A stretch of DNA of 64,000 nt. Source: Massalongia carnosa. Lineage: Eukaryota. Positions 1 through 13,570 of this stretch are shown here, piece by piece; positions within the stretch are counted from its first letter, which is position 1, and every line of letters begins with the position of its first letter. The stretch lies in contig OZ287069.1 of assembly GCA_965645245.1 (NCBI GenBank), positions 558,001-622,000 of the forward strand, read 5' to 3'. A program made the position numbers and the translations under genes. The notes under the pieces are model-generated. The model searched no databases. It was not told the origin of the DNA and saw only the letters and a list, made by a program, of their open reading frames with translations.

Positions 1-468
1 GTTTATATGTTCGTTCATGCATTCGTTCGTCCAGCTGCGAGATCGTTAAACAGATAAGACGTGTGCGTGCGTGCAAATGTCAATTCATTGAAGCAAGCAA
101 CTGGAGGAGTTTTTTATATTTAAGATCACGAAGAATTACCGCCCCAAAAAGCTTTTGGATGAGAAATTATTGGATTCTAGATCGTCTTGAACGGGATGAT
201 GAAAAGAAGGAGAAGCAAGGCAATTTTTTTTCTGACTGATTGTTGGTTGGGGTATTGTATCGCGGATTCCAGCAATTCGTCTTTCGACAGTTGTTCTTTT
301 TACTCTATATTCTTTGTTCAACCTGAAAGATTTTTTCTACTTATCAATCAAACAGTGCCTTTCTCTTGCTGTATCTTTCCTCTGATAAACATGGATGGAT
401 AGGTAATTCAGATAACGAACGAGACGATTCGAGATCGAAAAAGAAGAAGAGATGATTGAGAAAAGGTA

Positions 469-492
469 TACGTGTACGTGTACGTGTACGTA
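469..492. repeat. (TACGTG)n microsatellite
   Basis: TACGTG x3 plus a partial unit. Confidence 0.85.
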
Positions 493-2940
493 AACGCGAA
501 TAACAGGATTGCGTGCATTAATGAAAGAAGAAGAAGAAAAAGAAATAACCCCGATAAAAGGCCAGACAAGCCTGCCTTGCCCCCCCCCCCTTTCCCGTCC
601 TCAATCCGGGTTTCTAGAAAGAATAATGCATTGCGCATCAAACAAGCAACTCTGAAAGGAATACTCTACTCTAGATCGAAAGTGTCTATGAATTTTTCAC
701 GAAATAGGGGAAGAGGAATAAGAAACGTGATTCTAACCCCTTTTCTTCATACTTCCCTAGTCTCCTTCTCAACTCCCCATCCATCCCTAACTTCTCCTCT
801 TTTTCCACGTCTATACAATACCCGGAGAAAAAACAACCCCCTCCTCTCCTCCCTCCACGTCAAAGAAGGCTGGTTGCTTGGTTTGGTCAGCTGAACATAA
901 CAAAGAAAAAGAAAAGCAGAAGAAAAAAGAAACAAAAATGACGATACCCAAACCCCTCCCCCATTTTTTCCCCATTCCCTTTCCCAATCCGCTCCTTATC
1001 AATCTACCCATCAATCAACCAACCAATCCACCGAACTGGGCCATCTTCTCCATTGACCTACCTACCTGCCTTTTCCGGTAACCAGTCAATCCGTCAGTCG
1101 ATCAACTAGACTATATAACCGATGATACGAACGATTAACCGACGCGTTGGCGAATAGATGGGTTCGTTGATGCTCCGGTTCGTTCCAGTTCCCAGTGCTA
1201 GTTCTGGTGGGGTAGGGAGGGGCTGGCTGGCTGGCTGGCGGAGGGAGAAGGGGTGGGAAGGAAGGGTGGAAGCAAAGTGGAGGGGAGCGTAGGAGAGGGA
1301 TTCGGGAAAGGGGTCTGGTGTTTGTAGGAAGTTAGAGAGGAAGAGAAAAAGAGAGAGATATATATAAAAGCGATATTCTCGAGAACTCTCAAATCCTGTT
1401 GCTCCTATTATTTTTCTCTTTCCTCCTCTTATCTCCAATCCTGTACCCCCCCTCCACCTCTCGCCTTCTACCTCCTACCCTTTTTCTTGGTTTTTTATCT
1501 ATTCCCCACCCTCCTCTATATCTCTAAATCTCAAGCACCATTATCTCTCCTTCAGGAAACGCAAATGCCTCCCCCAAATCCAAGAATAAATACATAAGAG
1601 TTCATTAAACCCCCCCCCTCCCCTTTTCTCTGTAAAAAAAAAAAAGAAAAAAGAAGATAAGAAAAACAGAACGATAAAAGAGCACAATCGATCAAAGGCC
1701 GTATTTTCAATGCTCAACCGGGTAAGAGAGAAATAACGGAAAGTTGGCAGAATGGGATGGGGAAAAAAAAGGGTTGAGACTGAAGAGCTGGTTGAAGGAC
1801 GATGAATCTGAAGAAGTCTAAGGAATATTATGAGAAAAGAATGAGGAGTGGGAAAATAAGTTTATATCTTTCTCTTTTTCTTCATCTGTCACCAGGTTCT
1901 TCATTTGTTCATCGCGCATCCATCGTTATGCATCCTTCAGCCATCATCTATCTGTACCGTCCTCTCCCCTCCTCTTAAACCAATAACAAAAGCCAAAGCC
2001 TTACCGTAAGCCCACCCACAACCCTAACCCGAGATCCCCCGCTTGCTACCCCTCTATCGTCTTTCCCTCCTCCCACATTCCCTTGTTACATCCTCCACCC
2101 CTCCAACCATGCCCGCCCACCAGGTATACCCCATAGCGCCATCTGCACCCCCTTTTGAGAGCTTTATTGGTAGAAAATCCTGCTTCTCACTGCAGGCTGG
2201 GTTTCAGTGGGCTGGAGGAGTAATTTAAGAGAAGCGTAAAGGGGTTGGGGGGGGGGGTGGAGAGGATTGGAGAACAGGGGAGAAGAGAGGAAGCTAGCTA
2301 AAATGAAGGGAGTTGGAGGCTGGAGAGAAGACGGACAGGAAAGAAGGTGGCAAGAAAAGATAACAAGTACGCTAAGAGGAATGATGAAACCGGGGCCGAA
2401 AGTAGCCTCCGAGAGGGACTTTAGAAGATACCTAGAAGGGCATGAGATTGTGGACGCTAAAGCATGTTTTTTATTCGCTAACGAACGTAACATGTCACTA
2501 CTAAATCTTCCAAATTGAGCCATTCCTGATGCCATTCCGGTACTGTAGTAGCTGTCTTTTCTTTCACGGACTTGATAGGAGGGGGAAATTACATTTTTGA
2601 TGACAATGCGGCTTATCGTCCCACGTCGAAGGAGGGACAGAAAGCTTTACGGGAAAGTTGCGAAAGCGGACGGATGAGGTTGCCTAGCGGCCATAAGGGT
2701 TTATTGCAAAGCAAGGGGGAAGATCTCCGATGGGATCGGATTTGCATTGACAAAGGCCATGGCCATTTACTGTCGGGCTGTGGAGGGAACGTAGGCCCTG
2801 GCCCATATAAAGTACAGAGTATATAGAGGGCTCCTATCTCACACGGCTGGTCATGATTGTCCAATACCTGTAGCGTTGATTTCCCCTGATCGCGTGGTAA
2901 AAGTGAGTGGTTTGCGGGACGAGATCGTCGATCGTTCGGC

Positions 2941-2975
2941 TGATCATGATCTTGTGATCTTGTGATCTTGTGATC
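2941..2975. repeat. (TTGTGATC)3 short tandem repeat
   Basis: TGATCATGATC followed by three TTGTGATC units. Confidence 0.85.
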
Positions 2976-5900
2976 CTAGCCAACATGGAGCCTTGGGAAG
3001 GACGCCTTAAGGGGTTGGAGCAGGGGGTGGAAGGGATGGAGAAGGGTGGAGGCCAGAGGAAGACGGCAGGGAGCGGATGATGCCCTTGGGGTATCGGGTC
3101 GATGGCAATCTGAGCAGGGGCTGGGGGGCGGATAGGCGCGCTTGGGGTCAGAAATCCGCTAAGCGGTTTTCGCTCGTCGAGCCAAATGGTACTTTCCATG
3201 GCCACCAGTCCCGAACGAGCCGCAAGTCCGATGATCAGTCCGACCGACGATTCCGATGTCGCTTTTGGTTAAGCTTTTTGGTCATTTCATCCCGAACCTT
3301 CGATCGACAGACGTGCTCAGCCGCATTCCAATTGGACGGGAGGCTTTTGCCGGGCCATGTCGGAGTAGACCTGGTCGCTTCGTCGGAAGAAGTTGGAGGA
3401 TGGCAGACCAGATAGCGGTGAAGTTCGTCATTACGGGGCGGATACAACGGTGCAATTTGCAAAGTCTCTTTTCATTTTCTCGCCGAAATCACACCGTTCG
3501 ACGCGTTTGGGGCGTCACCTCAGGTGGCATTCCCGTGGCATTCCCAATGTTTCTATTTCCCGCCACCTGTGGTGCAACCGCAACGGGATTGGTGTAATGT
3601 GCTGTAATGTGATGTGTTACAAAGCCCTCGCTCGGCTAAGACGCAAGGCGAAACACTGTACAGAGTATCTCCCCGTCGGATAAAGATAATCATAGAGGCG
3701 AGCAAGAACGAGGCATGTCAATCAGTGGATCAAAAGCATGCTGCAGGCTTGACAGCTGTCCTTCGCTGCACGAAGGCGGTTGGGAGAAGGATAAAAACGA
3801 GGGGAAGCAAAAGAATGGAGGGAAGGGGGAAAGATCCCGTGATCCGACTTGCATCCGCGAAAATGGGACTTGCTTCGACCCTGAGACGAATAGGTAAGTG
3901 ATCAGAGACAAGGGGGCAAACAAAATGATGGGACCAAAAGAATCATGAAAACGAGAGAGTTTAGAAACAAGATGAACAGGATGAGTTACCCCACAGATCC
4001 AGTTGGCTCGCGATCTCCTGGGAAGCGGGCGGTGACACTGACGGAGGGACGCGTCCCTTTCGTTGGCTGTCAGCAGCCAAAGGAGCATAGGGATCTGGGC
4101 AGATGCGACGCCACCGCGCCATGGTGGAGAACAGATTACATGCACCCGACCGCTGTCAAAGCTGCAGATGACCTAGGATGTTTTAGCCTTTGGCTTTTTA
4201 TCGGTCGAGGCTGCTTGCCTTTGGGGCAGTGAGGACAAAAGGTCGTCATGCGGGCGGCTATGGCGATGATGTGACAGATGTGACATGACTGTGTCCAGAG
4301 TACCTGAAAGAACATGGCCGGTAATTGGTCGTTGGCAATGCTAGTTAGGGGGTATCTGATTTTTGGTGACAGCATCGGCCATGGGGGTCAAGTCACTAAC
4401 TAACTAAGCAAGCGTACGGTGAAGAAGGAAGGGTAGAGTCAGGAAACGGGCATGCAGCACCATTATCCGTTCCAGGCAACTGCTGACCTGGAATAAACTC
4501 GTGCGCGTCTTCCATCTTCCATAACTAATCCAACACTTTACAGAGTATACGATTGACACTACATCGAGGATGATCCAACAACTCGGCTACACAAATCAGG
4601 CAAGTTCGGTCTTGCAAAATCTATCTGCTTGCATATGATTTTCAACGCGCTTAGATGCTTCCTTCGGCCCTCAACTCCCATCAAATAGATGTCGTAGGCC
4701 ATCATGTGCGATAACTTATGGTTTCGTGACACCGTTGTGTTCGCCGCAAAAAGTAAGAAAGACAAAGCTAAAAACTAACCAGGAAAAGCAAGCTTTCGTG
4801 GCCGAAGTGCGCATGCAAATGCAGGTGCCTCGGTCTTAACACCTGCGTCATACCCTGACCCTTCTTCTCCTTTGCTGCCCTCGGGAATCGCTGTAATGGA
4901 CGAATGAGTTGGGGGCACTGCTACGATACGACGCCCTGCTGCTTGATGATACCTCAGACTTGATCACATTTCTGTAGGAGATGAGGAACCTACGAGGCAG
5001 AGAGCCCTATGACATTCCACATTCAATCTGCAGCCATTCTTCAGCGCTTTTTGTAATGACCCGGTCGGGGACTATGATTTGCACAAGGGCGTTGAGGCAG
5101 CAGCAATAGGCAAGGACTCTGTGCTCATACTCTGTAAACCTGGGTTATCCCAGCGTGGAGCCTCGGGTAGCGTTCGAGCCGTAGTCAGAGTGCACCGATC
5201 TGTCCTGTCAAGAACGCTATCACCAGCGCTGTCGATGGACCAAAGACAAGGCGATGACGGTAACCAAAGCTAATTCATGGAAGATGAGGGGGCAGGAGAA
5301 ATGAGAAAAACCAACGCGGTCGCTACTGATGTTTCACAGATTGCGGTGAGAGGAAGCCTAATGTCCAAGCTTTCTGGGGAGGGGCTTTCCTATCAGTGTT
5401 CAGTGCCATGTACAGAGTCCTCCGTAATCCCTTATCAGATAATCGAGGTTCACCTCCTCGCCTCTAGTGATGGGAAACTTTGCAACGGTTGAGACGCAAC
5501 TCTTCGCTGTCAAATGAGAGACTATTCATTAGGTAAGCTCCATAAATACACGCGAGCTCAACGGCTGGTTCGCCGTGTCTCAATGCCTAATGGCGGGGGA
5601 TCTGAAGGAGCCTCGGGATGACGGCTAAGGTTCAAAGCAACAAGCTCTCCATCGGATCGCAACTTTTAATTTAAACGCTAGAAGTAAAGTTTCTTGCCTT
5701 CATGGTTGATGCCAGTTTCGCTTTAAAAAGTTTGCGGTCTATCAACGGGACCTTTCCCTGATATTTGTAATGACCGGCAGTTTACTATCGTCGGCACTTT
5801 TCTTGCACTCCCTGTGTGTCAAACGCGGCAACTATCCATCCCATGCTAAGCAGGCGAAGGACAATTTCGCGGGTTAGCGGTAATGCCGCCTTTCATGCCA

Positions 5901-6768
5901 TCAAGGTTGCGTACAAAGTTTTGATGGGCAAAACTTGAGTCGAAAGTCTACTCTGTGCTGTGATGATCATGTGCTAGCGCAAACGCGGGAGTGAGAAGCA
6001 CTACCCTCTAAACACTTCTATCCTCTCCTCGCTTCGTGATCAAAATGAGCCGAGTCAATATCACTCCAAACTCGATACAGTTGCAAAGAAACTCAAATGG
6101 TCTTGTCCACCTCCAATTCAGATTAGGCTCATCTCAATCGGAATTGATCCTACAAATTATGGTACAACCGTAGCTAGCTAGGCGTTGATCAGCTTAATGA
6201 GACAAAGGAACATCGTCCATCTCAGGCTGTGCCTTCCCCTTGTGGAACTGGGAACCCGGATGTAGTTAGAACAGCCCCTGGATGCAGTCACTGAAAACCT
6301 TCAATGCGGCAATGCAAAGCCCATCAGGGGGTCTCGACTCAGGATAGCGCAAAAGATACATTTTGCGTCGAAGTAACAACGGTATGGAGAAAGTAATTCG
6401 TATTTTGAATTTGTGCTTTGTCGAGAGTGAGCCATCGAGTAAATTGTTGTCGTCGATGCCCCTCGAAAGTTTATCAGGCTCGCGGGCATATTTTAATGAT
6501 ACTGCTTCTTATGAACAGCGGTAGATGAGATGCAAGCTGATGCAAGCAAAGTCAACAAATCAAGAAAGGTGCATGTACCTACATGGGTGAGTGAACCGTT
6601 GAGCGAATGTTGATACAGGTACTAGATACTTTTTGTACGTGTCATATAACACTGGTGTGGTAATATCTTTCGTAATGTTTAACCATCGGCATATCCGTAC
6701 AGGGTGGTCAGTCACAGCGCAATTATCCTTAGATCCGTACCTTTCGATATCTGACCATCAATCGTATA

Positions 6769-8104
6769 CAGTCCCGTGTCAAAAGTCCCCGACTCTACCC
6801 GCGATTTTCGTGATTTCGCGTTTTAACCTACCAACCCATCAACTTTGACCGCATCATTTCACCATGCCACGCACTCCGTTGACTTCAATTTCTGGTAATA
6901 AGCCTCGTAATACCGAATTGAATCAATGTCAAAGAGGTATGATTATTGGAGCCCAGGCGTTGGGGCATCCACCGGCCGAAATTGCAAAGACATTAAATGT
7001 GCCTCGAACCACCGTCATTTACACTCTTCAAAAGCACCCAGAACGCAACAACGAAAAGTCCAAATCGCGATCGGGTCGGCCTGGAATACTTTCGAACCGC
7101 GATCGAAGACGTATCATCAAACTTGCGCGAATCAATCCACTCATCACCTACGCGCAGCTGCGTACGGAGGTTGAGGTGCAATGTAGTCGATCCACTCTCT
7201 ATCGGACGCTCAAAGACTATGGTCTAACAAACTGGCTGGCTAAAAAGCGACCTTTAATTGACGCCCGAGGTGGCAAAGAAGAGACTGGACTGGTGCTTGC
7301 TTCGGCGTGAGTGGAATTTTGAGCAGTGGTCAAAAATAATATGGTCAGACGAGTGCTCGGTGGAAAAGGGGTCGGGAAAACAGCGTCAATGGGTGTTCAG
7401 GTTTCCGGACGAAAAATGGAAAAAACCTATGATACAACCGTACGGCAAAGGAAAAGAGGTTAAGGTCATGGTATGAGGGGCTTTTTGGGGGGGGGGGAGG
7501 TCGGATCTTTACAAATTGGCCCGCGATTTCGAGGCAAAGAAGATGGGGTACTCCGCGAATTCATATTTGGAATTATTGAACGATAATCTGCTTGGAATTT
7601 GGGAACCAGGTCTCATTTTCATGCAGGATAATGCCCCCATTCACACTGCCAAAAAGGTGAAGAAATGGTTCGATGAAAACGGTATAACAGTCATCGATTG
7701 GCCCCCTTATTCTCCTGATTTGAATCCCATCGAGCACGTTTGGTACGTGCTCAAAAAGCTCGTCTACCAGGTCAATCCGGACATGGACTCGGTGACTGGT
7801 GGTGATGATAGGGTCCGCGAGGTACTTTGGAAAGCTTTGGAAGAAGCATGGGCCTTGATAGATGAGGAAATGCTGAAGAGTTTAGTAGACAGCATGGAAA
7901 GGAGGATTGAAGCTTGCATCCAGTCAAAAGGATGGTATACGAAATATTAAAAATATATTTCTCAGCCCAATGTACTTGCTATAATGTATGTAATCATCGT
8001 ACGAAGTTTCAAGACATCAAAATAACAACTTGATAGTTGATAATTCAAAGCAGTGGGGTAAAAAGTTGATGGTGGGGCTGTCCGAAACTTTTGACCTAGT
8101 ACTG
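6769..8104 (+). mobile_element. Tc1/mariner-superfamily DNA transposon, copy A (1336 bp, non-autonomous)
   Basis: TA at 6767-6768 and 8105-8106 flank imperfect TIRs: left CAGTCCCGTGTCAAAAGT, right (reverse complement) CAGTACTAGGTCAAAAGT. Contains a disrupted transposase and is collinear with copy B at 22888-24225. Confidence 0.93.
6864..7950 (+). pseudogene. Tc1-type DD34E transposase with a frameshift and a premature stop
   Basis: Three ORF pieces join into a protein collinear with 22984-24069 (GRP linker, IWSDECS, FMQDNAP, SPDLNPIE). Lesions: +1 A near 7256 (CCTTTAATTG vs CCTTTATTG in copy B) and TGG>TGA at 7474-7476. Confidence 0.92.
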
Positions 8105-11100
8105 TATGTGAGCATGTTTCTGGGGATGCTGACTAATATCAATCGCACCTTCTAACAATGAGAGTGGGTGGTCCCATGGTGGACGTGATAAGCGAGGGAT
8201 GTCATGATCGGCTCCTTTCTTTCGACTGTCTAACCAGAGGGGTTTAGGCTGCGACTGCCAGTAACCAAATCAGGCCATCAGCATTGTGAGATCGCGATCG
8301 GCATGCATAGTCGGACGCCTTAGCCTCCTGTTGGCGATGTGATGTTTCGTCTTATGGTGGTATGCGTTGCCCATCAGTTGATTCTTCCGAGATATCTATT
8401 TAGGAAGTATCCTTCGCGGCGGGATTTGTGCGACGACGGTCTTAAACCAATGGTGCAAGTAGAGACGTGACCGAGTTTGTCCTCGCTAGGGATGGGGTTG
8501 TAATCTTGGTGGTTCCTGGTGGTCGCAGATATTCGTACCTCCACGCCAGAGAGCGTTGAGCGATAACACGCAAACCACCGGCCCGTACGGAGGCAAGACA
8601 AACAAGCGCAAAAATGGCATCACGTCGCAAATCAACGGAGTTGGACTTCCAACCAATGGGGCGAGGTTTTCGAGGTAGGGGCGAAGAGACGAGGCAACAA
8701 GAAGTGCATCGGATTGGTGCAAGGCTCGATTGCCTTTCGCATCTGATCGTGTGGACACGCTCGGTTTGATCGCATCCACTGCGAAATCTTGTGCCTCACC
8801 AACATCTCGTTATGGCCACCCTACCCGAGGGCTGAACAAGATGTCCCTTTTACTGAAAACGCCATCGAATCGGCGTTGGGGTCAAACTTCGAAAAGTCAA
8901 CGAATCATCAATAGAAGCCACCGTGCCATCCACACGTAGTCGGGCATTTTCATAGGCGGATCGTACGAGGGAAGGGTAGTTATCAATCTTGCCGAATCTG
9001 ACTAATGCTCAGCATTTCCATCTTTTTGGCGTTCGTTAGCAACGTTGCAGCCTTCCATGCACGGCGGCCTAAATTAAATAACTGAATCAACAACTTATGA
9101 AGGAAATCTTTGAGCTAATGGTTGTTCCGAGATATCTACAGGTCTCATGTCCGTGGCGTACGGTTTTCTTTCGCATATCTTACAACTTTACCAACGGTTT
9201 CCCGCATCTTCCATGTATGGTGCAGAAATATCTGGTGGATGGGCGGCGTGCCCTTAAAGGGTGGATAGGCGGTGAGGTGAGCATGAAAATGCCTCCTTTC
9301 GTTAACTGTGGCACAATCGCTCCTTCTAATCGATAAACAAGTGATCGTTCTTCAGCTCTCACCTGATACTACGCTGCAATATTGTCTTGTGATTAAGGAT
9401 CTGAAGCTTCCTAAACGAGATTTTAGTTTGTATCAGATCATGTATCGCCTTTCTTTCATGATTTATTTTACGCTGGCTACTTGCATAACCATCCAAACCA
9501 AACCCTCGGGTTCAATCGCGATGTGTTGGGATTACCTATCGCAGAACCCTTCAATATTTCTCTCCACATTCGCGTCCTCCACCCGACCTGACTACCCACT
9601 AATACTCTATGAATTAAGGTATTTCCGTTGCTGCACCCGGGGGGTGGGAAGAACTGGATAAATGCTGGAGCTGGAGGGTTTGGTGAAACGTGAAGCAGGT
9701 ATCCGCCGAGCGGATCCAAGAGTTCGAACTAATGATTAAGACGCTCGAGAGGCTGGGTCGGCGATCTGAAGCTCAAATGAAGAGCATATACCACCTGACC
9801 CTTGCAATGCAAAGTCGCGACGTCTCATTCCTGACCACTCGGGATACCGCCAACCCGGGCTATTGGTTTCAAGTAGTCCGCTCTATGACACGATTACTTA
9901 GGTTGAAGATATTTCCAGGCACCCCACTTGTTCTGTTGTTCATTCTGTTGTACGATGTAGGAAGGAAAGTCTGAACTTAGATCATGTACCTATCGGGCTA
10001 AGCTCTATGGCTTTCCATACGGACCTTGCTTTGCAGCCCATCAACCTGATTGGAGAACTTTGCCACAACTTGTCCAAGCACCAATGGGTTTTGGAACGAC
10101 TCATACGCGATTTACTTGATAGACAGAAGGTCGTCATATCTTGTAGCCGAAGTATCTTGATTGGGTGTCGATACCTCTCTGTAAAGAGTAAATTATCCGA
10201 GCATGAATAGAAGGGTGGGAAGACCCTGGTGTGGGTGGTCAAAGGTTCATGTTGGTATCTCGTACTCGTACCTAGATCGACGTAATCATTGATCTCATCA
10301 TTCCTTGGACCAGGACCTGACTTGATGAGCCTAGAGGAAACGTAGTCTAGCGGTGATGGATCGGGGATGGAAAAGTAAAGGGAACCGGACGCAAATGACG
10401 GTATGACGGTACGGGTGTGGTGCGTAATGTCAGATGTGCCCTTGAAGGCTGTAATATATTTCACAGCCTACGACTAGCGCTTAAGGGAGTGGTAATCTCG
10501 TTCTGTTTGCTCTTGAACTCCATACGCCCACCAACGGACCATCTTGGCTCTAAGCGACGCCAAGCATGTTTCTGCATCTTAGCTTCACTTTGACATTTTT
10601 CCTCCGTGCATTTTGCATTTTATTTTAAATTTTTACCCGAGGCACCACGATTGTCCAATCCGTCCGGCAACCCAAGCCAAACTTTAACAATAACGCCAGG
10701 CCTCATCCGGCACTAGGGTTATAATCAATCTCCGATCTGAGCGATTCCATTGCATGACGCTAGTGAATCTTTCGGTCATCTCAACTGTCTTGCTGCCGTA
10801 CTCTGTACAGATTACAGAACTCGTTCATCTCCCACCTGTCTTGTCACATCTCGTGCATGCCCCCCCAGACTGGAATATGCGGAATATGCAGCATATGCAA
10901 GAAACAAGTCTGTCTATGTATCGAAATGGGAAGTAGTGATACCCAGTACCTGTAGCGTCAGTATTCTACCGACCTGTGGATGTATGTCCAGGACTCTGTA
11001 CGGCACTGCCCTCTGTACGAACTTTACTCTCGGTAGCTAGCTATACCTCACCATATCGTACCTTGTCGTGCGCGCCATCTTTACATCTGGAGTGACCGAT

Positions 11101-11847
11101 CTATTTCCTCCCAAGTCTCACCCCCCTCCTCCTCCTCCCCTTCAAGTCTTCCGCTTCCTCATCCATTATCCACGGCTCTTCCACCTGCCAAAATCCTGCT
11201 GTTTTCCAAACACTCCACCCTCGCGCCAAAAGCATTATCCCCCTTTGATAAACTCAAAATCCCCGTGCTGCAAGTGTGCGTGTACATCTGTTCGATCCTA
11301 CATGATACCTCTCATGCGATTGGACTGTTCATTGATTACGTTCTATAGGAACCGCCGCATTATCACCACTCCTGACCCACGACCCTTATCCACCAGATCA
11401 CCTACTTGCGAACACATGTTAATTAAGGACATAAGTCGGCCAATTTGTATCTCACTCGACCCTTTAGCCGTGCTCGCTATCAAGCTAGAAAGCTGGCAGG
11501 AGTGATCCTGTTCTTCGGATTGCCTTTCTTCCTTTTCCATAGTTTGCCTCTGTTCGCTCATAGCAAGCATTACGAACCACGATAATACAAGCCGACGAAC
11601 CTTTGTGGAATCAGGCAATAATTTTTCCGATAGGATACCAAGCTGCCGCAGTCGACGTCTCATTCTGTCTGCTATCCGGTTTGCAAGCGGTACCGTCGCG
11701 GAAAGGTCGGCAGAAAATCTTCTCGTCTAAGCTAGCGGCAAGCGGCAGCAAGAAGGGAAGCTACGATACGCTTAAGAGGCAGCCCGAGGGAATGTCGGCG
11801 GAGAACTGAAGAGCTACAATCTGGCCAATCTTTCATATTCGCTTGGC

Positions 11848-13570
11848 ATGGCCATGGCGGACGCAATAAGGCAAAGGTTCGTGATTTTTAGTTGACTTAT
11901 AGCCAAGGTATACATGCGTCGCTGACTGAACCCCAGCGATGTTTTACCGTCGATGAAGCCGCCGATTAGTTTCCTTGATCTTGAAAAAATTAAGAAGGAA
12001 AATTCGCTTTACAATCCAAAGCTCTCGGTTTCTGCGGCTCTGAACATGCCAGCTCCGTCTTTGGTCAGCCCGTTGACCATGTACTCTGGCCCGCCGCCTC
12101 CGTATTCATATCCGTCGTCCACTGCCAGCTCAGTCGTTGGCCATGGTGGATACATATCCCCAACTGAATCTCGTAAAACTGCTGATGACGACAAAGACCC
12201 ACCATGCCTGCATCGCCATTCGCTGCCATCGATACATGAAGCTCTAGGGAGCGAGCAGCCTCTTTCGATTCATTCCTTGTTATCAAAACCAACTTCAATC
12301 CAGACCTCTCAGCCAACCCAAAATCCTAGCCCGACTGCCATAATACCTCGATCATATCCTGAGGCTTCGAGAATGCCTCCAAACCTGCTAACCCATCAGT
12401 CGCCCACGGCTTACCATTTTCGTGAATCATTGGACAAGCAAGCCAGACCTCAATTCTCTCCTCGGACCTCCAGCGATTCCGTCTCATCCCGATTCCCTCC
12501 GGTTAAATCCCATGAAAACCATTATCCAACCATTCAACCGTCAAGAACCGCTTCAAGCCCGACCAACCCAGTGAGACCAACTTCGCATGCCTTGCAACCT
12601 CAGCATTCTTCTCCGGTGTATGAACGGTCGTCACGAGCTTCTACGATGAATTCACATTATTCATACAGCTCATATCAAGCACCCTTTTCTTATCCGTCAT
12701 CCTCGGCCAACATTCCCTCCTACCCACACGCGGCTCTCCAACCTCCTACTTGGCGGTCTGCTGGCAGCGAAATAGATCGAGCGGAGGAAGCAAGACGGGC
12801 TGCTTCAAAGGGAAGTCCTAAGATGAAGTATGGAGAGTCTGTAAAACGGCATTTAGAAATATTCGATCTCGAAACATCTCTAAATGAGGTGCGTTTGTTG
12901 GTCTTAATCTAGTTAGATTATTTGTCTAATCTAGAATAGATTGCTGAAGGAAGTCGTATCGCATCAGACTTTGCCCGCAACTATGGAGTTCTTGCACATC
13001 AGGATCAAAGAAACGGTCTACCCATAGAGTTATTGCCAAGCACGGACGAGTGCGAAGAAATGATCAGACGCCAAAAAGGGGTGGTTGAATCCTTGCAACG
13101 AATACAGGAAGTTATCCAGGCTCAACAAATTGCTGCCCTAGAACAGCAGCAAACCCAAGAACAGAGATTTCATGCTCCTAGTGAATATGACGAGGAAGGC
13201 CCTGGATATCATGAAAAACTTGATGGAGGGGGAGGATTTGCAGGCCCAGACGCGAAGAAACGACGAGGCGTACGTTAGAGCTCATGCTGCATCGATTGAG
13301 ACTTGCTGATGGGATCCATCCAGAGAGCTGCGCCCCCAGGGCGGTGTCACAGTTGCAACAGAGCAGAAACCCCAGAGTGGCGGCGAGGTCCTGATGGCGC
13401 TAGAACCCTTTGCAACGCCTGTGGTTTGCGTTCGTACACCTTCAGGGTTTCCTTGTATATTTGCTAAAGTATCGCCAGACTACGCTAAACTAACACGCAA
13501 AATGGGCTCGAAAGCATCATCTAACACCTCGAATCTTCGACCTAAAGAGATGAGCGCTGGCCCGCCTTAG
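11848..13570 (+). CDS. nsdD: GATA zinc-finger transcription factor, NsdD/SUB-1 orthologue (sexual development regulator)
   Basis: Exons 11848-11876, 11937-12888, 12940-13269, 13324-13429, 13479-13570, all GT-AG and in frame. Contains [36 protein letters not shown] (C-x2-C-x18-C-x2-C) and the NsdD-type block [23 protein letters not shown]. The first small exon is inferred from frame and a GCTGAC branch point. Confidence 0.92.

Noticed and set aside
1..2535. Many 60-140 aa ORFs rich in F/L/S/P or K/R/G (also at 14485-17560 and 32577-33841)
   Set aside because: They are by-products of low-complexity, strand-skewed DNA with no recognisable domains or splice structure.
8374..10464. Minus-strand ORF fragments (and similar ones at 20800-22750) as genes
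   Set aside because: They may be old pseudogenes, but I could not support any motif or consistent exon structure.
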